Shown: positions 60,046-64,000 of the stretch, piece by piece
How positions within the stretch are numbered: position 1 is the stretch's first letter
Layout: the number at the start of each line of letters is the position of its first letter
NCBI GenBank assembly: GCA_965214835.1
Contig: CBDCCK010000002.1
Location: 2,016,001-2,080,000 of the forward strand
Source: Nitrosopumilaceae archaeon
GTDB lineage: Archaea; Thermoproteota; Nitrososphaeria; Nitrososphaerales; Nitrosopumilaceae
Reading direction: 5' to 3'
DNA: 64,000 bases
Program-made: the position numbers and the translations under genes
Notes under the pieces: generated by a model
Database searches by the model: none
Seen by the model: only the letters and a program-made list of their open reading frames with translations
Told to the model about the DNA's origin: nothing

Positions 60046-62673
60046 GCCCCGTATGCCCTCCTGTCACATACAAATTCTACGCATTTGGGTGGTTCGAATT
60101 TTATGGGGTCCTCACCAGCTGTCACATCCTTCCTTCCTGTATGTGGCGGCAATCTCGCGTGTTTCTGCCACCCGACTGTCGTGCTGCCTGGCAGCCTCCT
60201 CCGGCGGCCCCGGCCCCTTGGCGCAATGCATCTGCCACTTGAGGCGCTCGCCTGCGGCGCGAACCTCCGGGGAGTCCGTTTTCTCGCTTTGGGCATCTGC
60301 CTCCCGGATTATGTGGGCCCAGCACCGCTGCCTGTTCCTGCCAAAGAACTTGTCGTATCCGGGGTATCCGTCAGTCACCCCGACTCTGGGCACGTATGAA
60401 AAGTGCTCATCCAGTACGGATGCCCTCCTGCTGTCAGTTGCCACCATGTGCGCGCCGACGGCATTGCCGTCCTTGACGCCCACTGCCACCCACATGTAGC
60501 CGCTCTTGCCGTCGTATGGCATCCCCGTCTCGTCCATGTGGACGTGGTCGCATCCTGCAATGTCTTTTTTGATGTCCTCCACGCACGGATCAAGCTTCTT
60601 TGTAACGGTCTTGAGGCAGTTCTGTATCATCGCCTTGCTTACATCAATTTTAAAGATCTCCTTTACGATGCGCCTGATCGTGCCGACGGATGCCGGCATG
60701 GTGTACAGGGTGCCGATATAGGAGGCAATGTTGGGTCCAAACTCGGTGCCCGGAACGACCAGCCCGCCCCCGTTTGTCGTGGTGGTGGCGCCGCACTTGC
60801 GGCACTTGCGGCGGGTAAAGTAGTGCTGGGTCGTGACCGGCTCTGGGATCTCTGGAATGTCAGTAGCCATCCTAGTTCCGGCGGGAACCGGATCTGTCAG
60901 GTCGCGCCCGTTGCACGCGCCGCACATGTCAGGCACGTGGTTCATTTCCCGGGTTGGTGTTCTCCTGTGTGATATGCCCTCGTGTCCGGGCCTGCGGCCC
61001 GGCCTTGCCGGTGCCCTTCCAGATGCCCCTGCCGCGGCTGCTGCCTTTTTCTGCCTGGTCGGAATCGAGTTCTGCGAGGAGGGGCTGTGCGGGTTCTCAT
61101 AATATGTGATGCGTTGTTTGAACTGCTTGATTTGTGCTGTCTGCGTCGCGATTTGCGCGGCAGAGACGGCATTGTCAGATTTGCGTCCCGCCTTCTCAGC
61201 GGCAAGCTCCTCCCGTGTCCTCTGATGTTCCTTCTGCTCCTTCTGAAGCTTGCCTTGCGTCCTCTGATGTTCCTTCTGCTCCTTCTGAAGCTTGCCTTGC
61301 GTCCTCTGATGTTCCTTCTGCTCCTTCTGAAGCTTGCCTTGCGTCCTCTGATGTTCCTTCTGCTCCTTCTGAAGCTTGCCTTGCGTCCTCTGATGTTCCT
61401 TCTGCTCCTTCTGAAGTTCCGCTTTTTCGCGGGCAAGCTCATTGCATAGTTCCTTGAATTCCGAGGCTGTAGGCATGTATTTCCCGGGTAATGATAGTTT
61501 ATAGATCAGGTGGTCAGAAAAAATCAACTAGGCAGGGGCTAACCTATTACTCCTCAACTTTACCTCCTGTACCACGTTGGACCACTTGAGGGCCATTACG
61601 CACTCGCCGAACATACGCTTTATGGACGATATCACAATCTAGACGATCCACCTTGCACCATAGCCTACCGTGCTCTTCCAGTACCGCAGGTTCTCCTGTC
61701 TTTCCTCCTTTGAGAGATCACCCACCGGTACCTCGGGGCCGCCCCCGAGCTGCCATCGCACAAGCATGCCCCACTTGTCGCCGGTGCCCTTGCCCTTTGC
61801 AGTGCAGCTTATCAAGAGCCGTATGAGCGGTTTTATGCCGCGCTTGTGACACTCGGCTACGTTTTTCCTCGAGCCGTATCCGCCGTCTGCAAGCAAGATC
61901 TTTCCCGGTGTATCTGGATTCGCGCCGGTGCCGAGCAGGGCCAGCGGCGATGTCCCGTCTGCAAGCATGTTGGGAATCTTGACTGCGTCCGCGCTGTCGG
62001 TGCAGTTTTTCTCCTCTTCCTTGATGTTCCTAGACGCCTCATCAAGCAGTTCCTTCAGCTCCGTGCTGTCGCCGACTGCCTCATCTGTGACGGCTACTGC
62101 CAGCACCTGCTTGGTGTCTGCGTCGACCATCAGGTGCATCTTGACAAATCCTCGCCTTACCTTCCATTTCTTGCGTATCCACTCGCCCCAGTTGTGCTGC
62201 TTGAGGCCCGTGGCATCGGCTATCATGACCAGGTTACGGGTCTTGTCGCGCACCGTAATTATGTTCTCTGCAATGTCGATGTCAAGCTTCTGCATCCTCC
62301 TAAATATCGTGATGTAGCACGGAGTCCGTGCCCTTTATCATCTCCCCGAGCATGCCTGACAGCTGCCTGTATGGTATCATGAATGCGGTCCTGAGCGAAG
62401 CCATGGCCATTATCATGCCTTCTGCATACAGGAACGGGCGCCCTCTTTGTGGCGGTTGGCATTCTTCAGATCCTTCTCCCAGCCTGAGTCGTACTTGACT
62501 ATTAGGCCTGCCCCCCTCTACGTACTTTATTGTTCGTGTGTGCCAATGTATACCATATGAGGCATCCTCATGATCCATTACCTTTTCGGTCAAGATCCGT
62601 TGATCATTCTGGTGATTTTCTGTCAAGTTTCAGATTTTAGGCAGGGTTATGCAACAAACTACCCCCACAGCAC

Positions 62674-62755
62674 TAGACCTTATGCGTAATCGGTTCAGAT
62701 CTGGGATTATTACGAACAAATTTGCCTCATTCAGGTCGATTACGCATAAAGTCTA
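62674..62755. mobile_element. MITE family C, 82 bp
   Basis: TIR tagaccttatgcgtaatcg / cgattacgcataaagtcta. Confidence 0.82.
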
Positions 62756-62787
62756 CTCTTTATATTCATAAATGACCTCTTACATAT

Positions 62788-63423
62788 ATGACAATGGTAA
62801 ACGAGCTGGAGAACCCGTTTGATTATTTTAGATCTGAGCTGGAGAACGTTTTTGGAGTTGATCAAAAACAGCTAAACGCATTGATCAGCGCCTACAATAA
62901 AACCGGCTATAACACACCGCTCAAAAAACTTGCCGAGATGCTTGGATCTGAAAACGATTATGGTTTTGCTGAGGTGCATATATTTCCCCTTTGTTGTGTT
63001 TCTTACGAATATTTTCAAAGCAAAGACAATACCAATACATTCCTAGCAAAGTCAAACCTCACATCAAAAACCAAGAAATCTATCAAGTATTTTTTTTCCA
63101 AACTAACTGATAAAGGGCTGCGTGGCTTGGAAGTTCAATATCATATTTATGGAAACCTGTTTGATTTCCAAGCACTGGATCCTATAAGCGACAATAACAT
63201 ACTACTAGAAATAAAAGATCAGTCTAACAAAGCCGTCTGCTATCTTCCTGTTACTAGAATCACGTTTGCCCGTGGTGGCGACGATGAAAAAACAATATCG
63301 TCTGAATTTTCTCAGGATAGGCTGGCTCATCTCATCTCAACACTACAGTCAATTTATGATAGAAACTCCGCACTGACTAAAACATATAAAAAATCCATAA
63401 CAGACCTGCCTGTGATTGAATAA
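62788..63423 (+). CDS. Hypothetical protein (AT-rich)
   Basis: 211 aa ORF. Confidence 0.7.
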   Translation: MTMVNELENPFDYFRSELENVFGVDQKQLNALISAYNKTGYNTPLKKLAEMLGSENDYGFAEVHIFPLCCVSYEYFQSKDNTNTFLAKSNLTSKTKKSIKYFFSKLTDKGLRGLEVQYHIYGNLFDFQALDPISDNNILLEIKDQSNKAVCYLPVTRITFARGGDDEKTISSEFSQDRLAHLISTLQSIYDRNSALTKTYKKSITDLPVIE

Positions 63424-63539
63424 AAATGATGTCATATGCACAAGCTAGCACATCTGGAATCTCAAGGTCTCATTCTAGACGCTATCGACTTGTACGGATA
63501 AAAACCAAGCACAAATCATCTAGCACATACGTACGATCT

Positions 63540-63668
63540 GGACTGTCGCCTAATTCATTAGAATTCTTGAAGACCAAGAATACCATCAGGATTAGGCGTG
63601 CAAAAGTGGTGAAAATTCAGAAAATCGTACTGGCTGGATCAAACAAGCGGAACTATGCAACAACTTCC
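63540..63668. mobile_element. MITE family B, diverged copy
   Basis: tgtcgcctaattc..aggcgtgcaaaag..aaattcagaaaa..tcaaacaag aligns to 12810-12939. Confidence 0.8.
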
Positions 63669-63699
63669 ATACGAGCCGATTCGAAAGGGAGAGTGGCCT

Positions 63700-64000
63700 A
63701 TGTAAGGAAATTCTTTAGAAATCGTCCCAGAGTACAGCCCCCTCGGGAATCAAAAACAAAAGAAATCCGTCGTTACATACAAACTCAGCAATGGGACAAG
63801 CTGATTCCCTACGTGGATGAACTAATCCAGCAAATAGATCTGGGTGCAGTCGCCCTGCCCCTCATATCAAAATTATTGGACTCTGTCACGCAGGACTATG
63901 CAGTCATGGAAAAAAATGCATTCATGCACGAGGTAATCCAGTCAGTCACCATTTTGCTAAAGGATGTCATGATATCTGCAATACAAAACAACACCATTGA
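63700..64000 (+). CDS. Partial ORF running off the window end
   Basis: Open frame YVRKFFRNRP...QQWDKLIPYVDELIQQ...; start not determined. Confidence 0.45.

Larger units (their letters stand above)
58865..60117 (-). mobile_element. IS3-family element
   Basis: TG..CA ends, imperfect TIR tgatctggaccccgtattttcgaacca; 4-bp TSD gctg. Confidence 0.93.
58496..61550 (-). mobile_element. IS66-family element copy 2, interrupted by IS3
   Basis: Same 23-bp TIR as 17474; 8-bp TSD tcctcaac. Confidence 0.95.
58375..62661 (-). mobile_element. Degenerate IS5-family copy hosting nested IS66 and IS3
   Basis: Ends tagcttgttgcataac / gttatgcaacaaacta; transposase fragments 58441-58495 and 61551-62550 with stop and frameshifts; flanks do not match. 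Confidence 0.92.

Overview
Archaeal DNA, almost certainly ammonia-oxidising Thaumarchaeota (Nitrosopumilaceae-like). This rests on the sucCD-rpl40e order, DpsL, NDH-2 with a membrane/C2H2 N-terminus, the Fe-ADH of the 3HP/4HB cycle and a tRNA with a BHB intron; the serpin and heavy IS load suggest a host-associated lineage (inference). Left half (~1.8-32.5 kb) is an accessory island ending in a tyrosine integrase beside tRNA-Val(CAC). It carries AT-rich defence-like cassettes: a twice-inactivated TIR + ORC/CDC6-like ATPase with a possible CARF-like partner, PIN-ParB-HTH facing a PAPS-reductase-like gene, a HEPN protein, an Hna-like helicase-nuclease and an HNH nuclease. It also holds two unusual architectures. 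(i) Three cassettes of 'shared promoter -> secreted 257-292 aa precursor -> small membrane ORF' surround a two-component system. (ii) Three tandem diverged modules of 'conserved leader + two-hairpin element + module-specific repeats + AbrB-like gene', one of them split by the helicase cassette. Right half is mostly core genes with IS66 elements, several MITE families and a nested IS3-in-IS66-in-IS5. All family assignments come from motif recognition by eye, not database searches.
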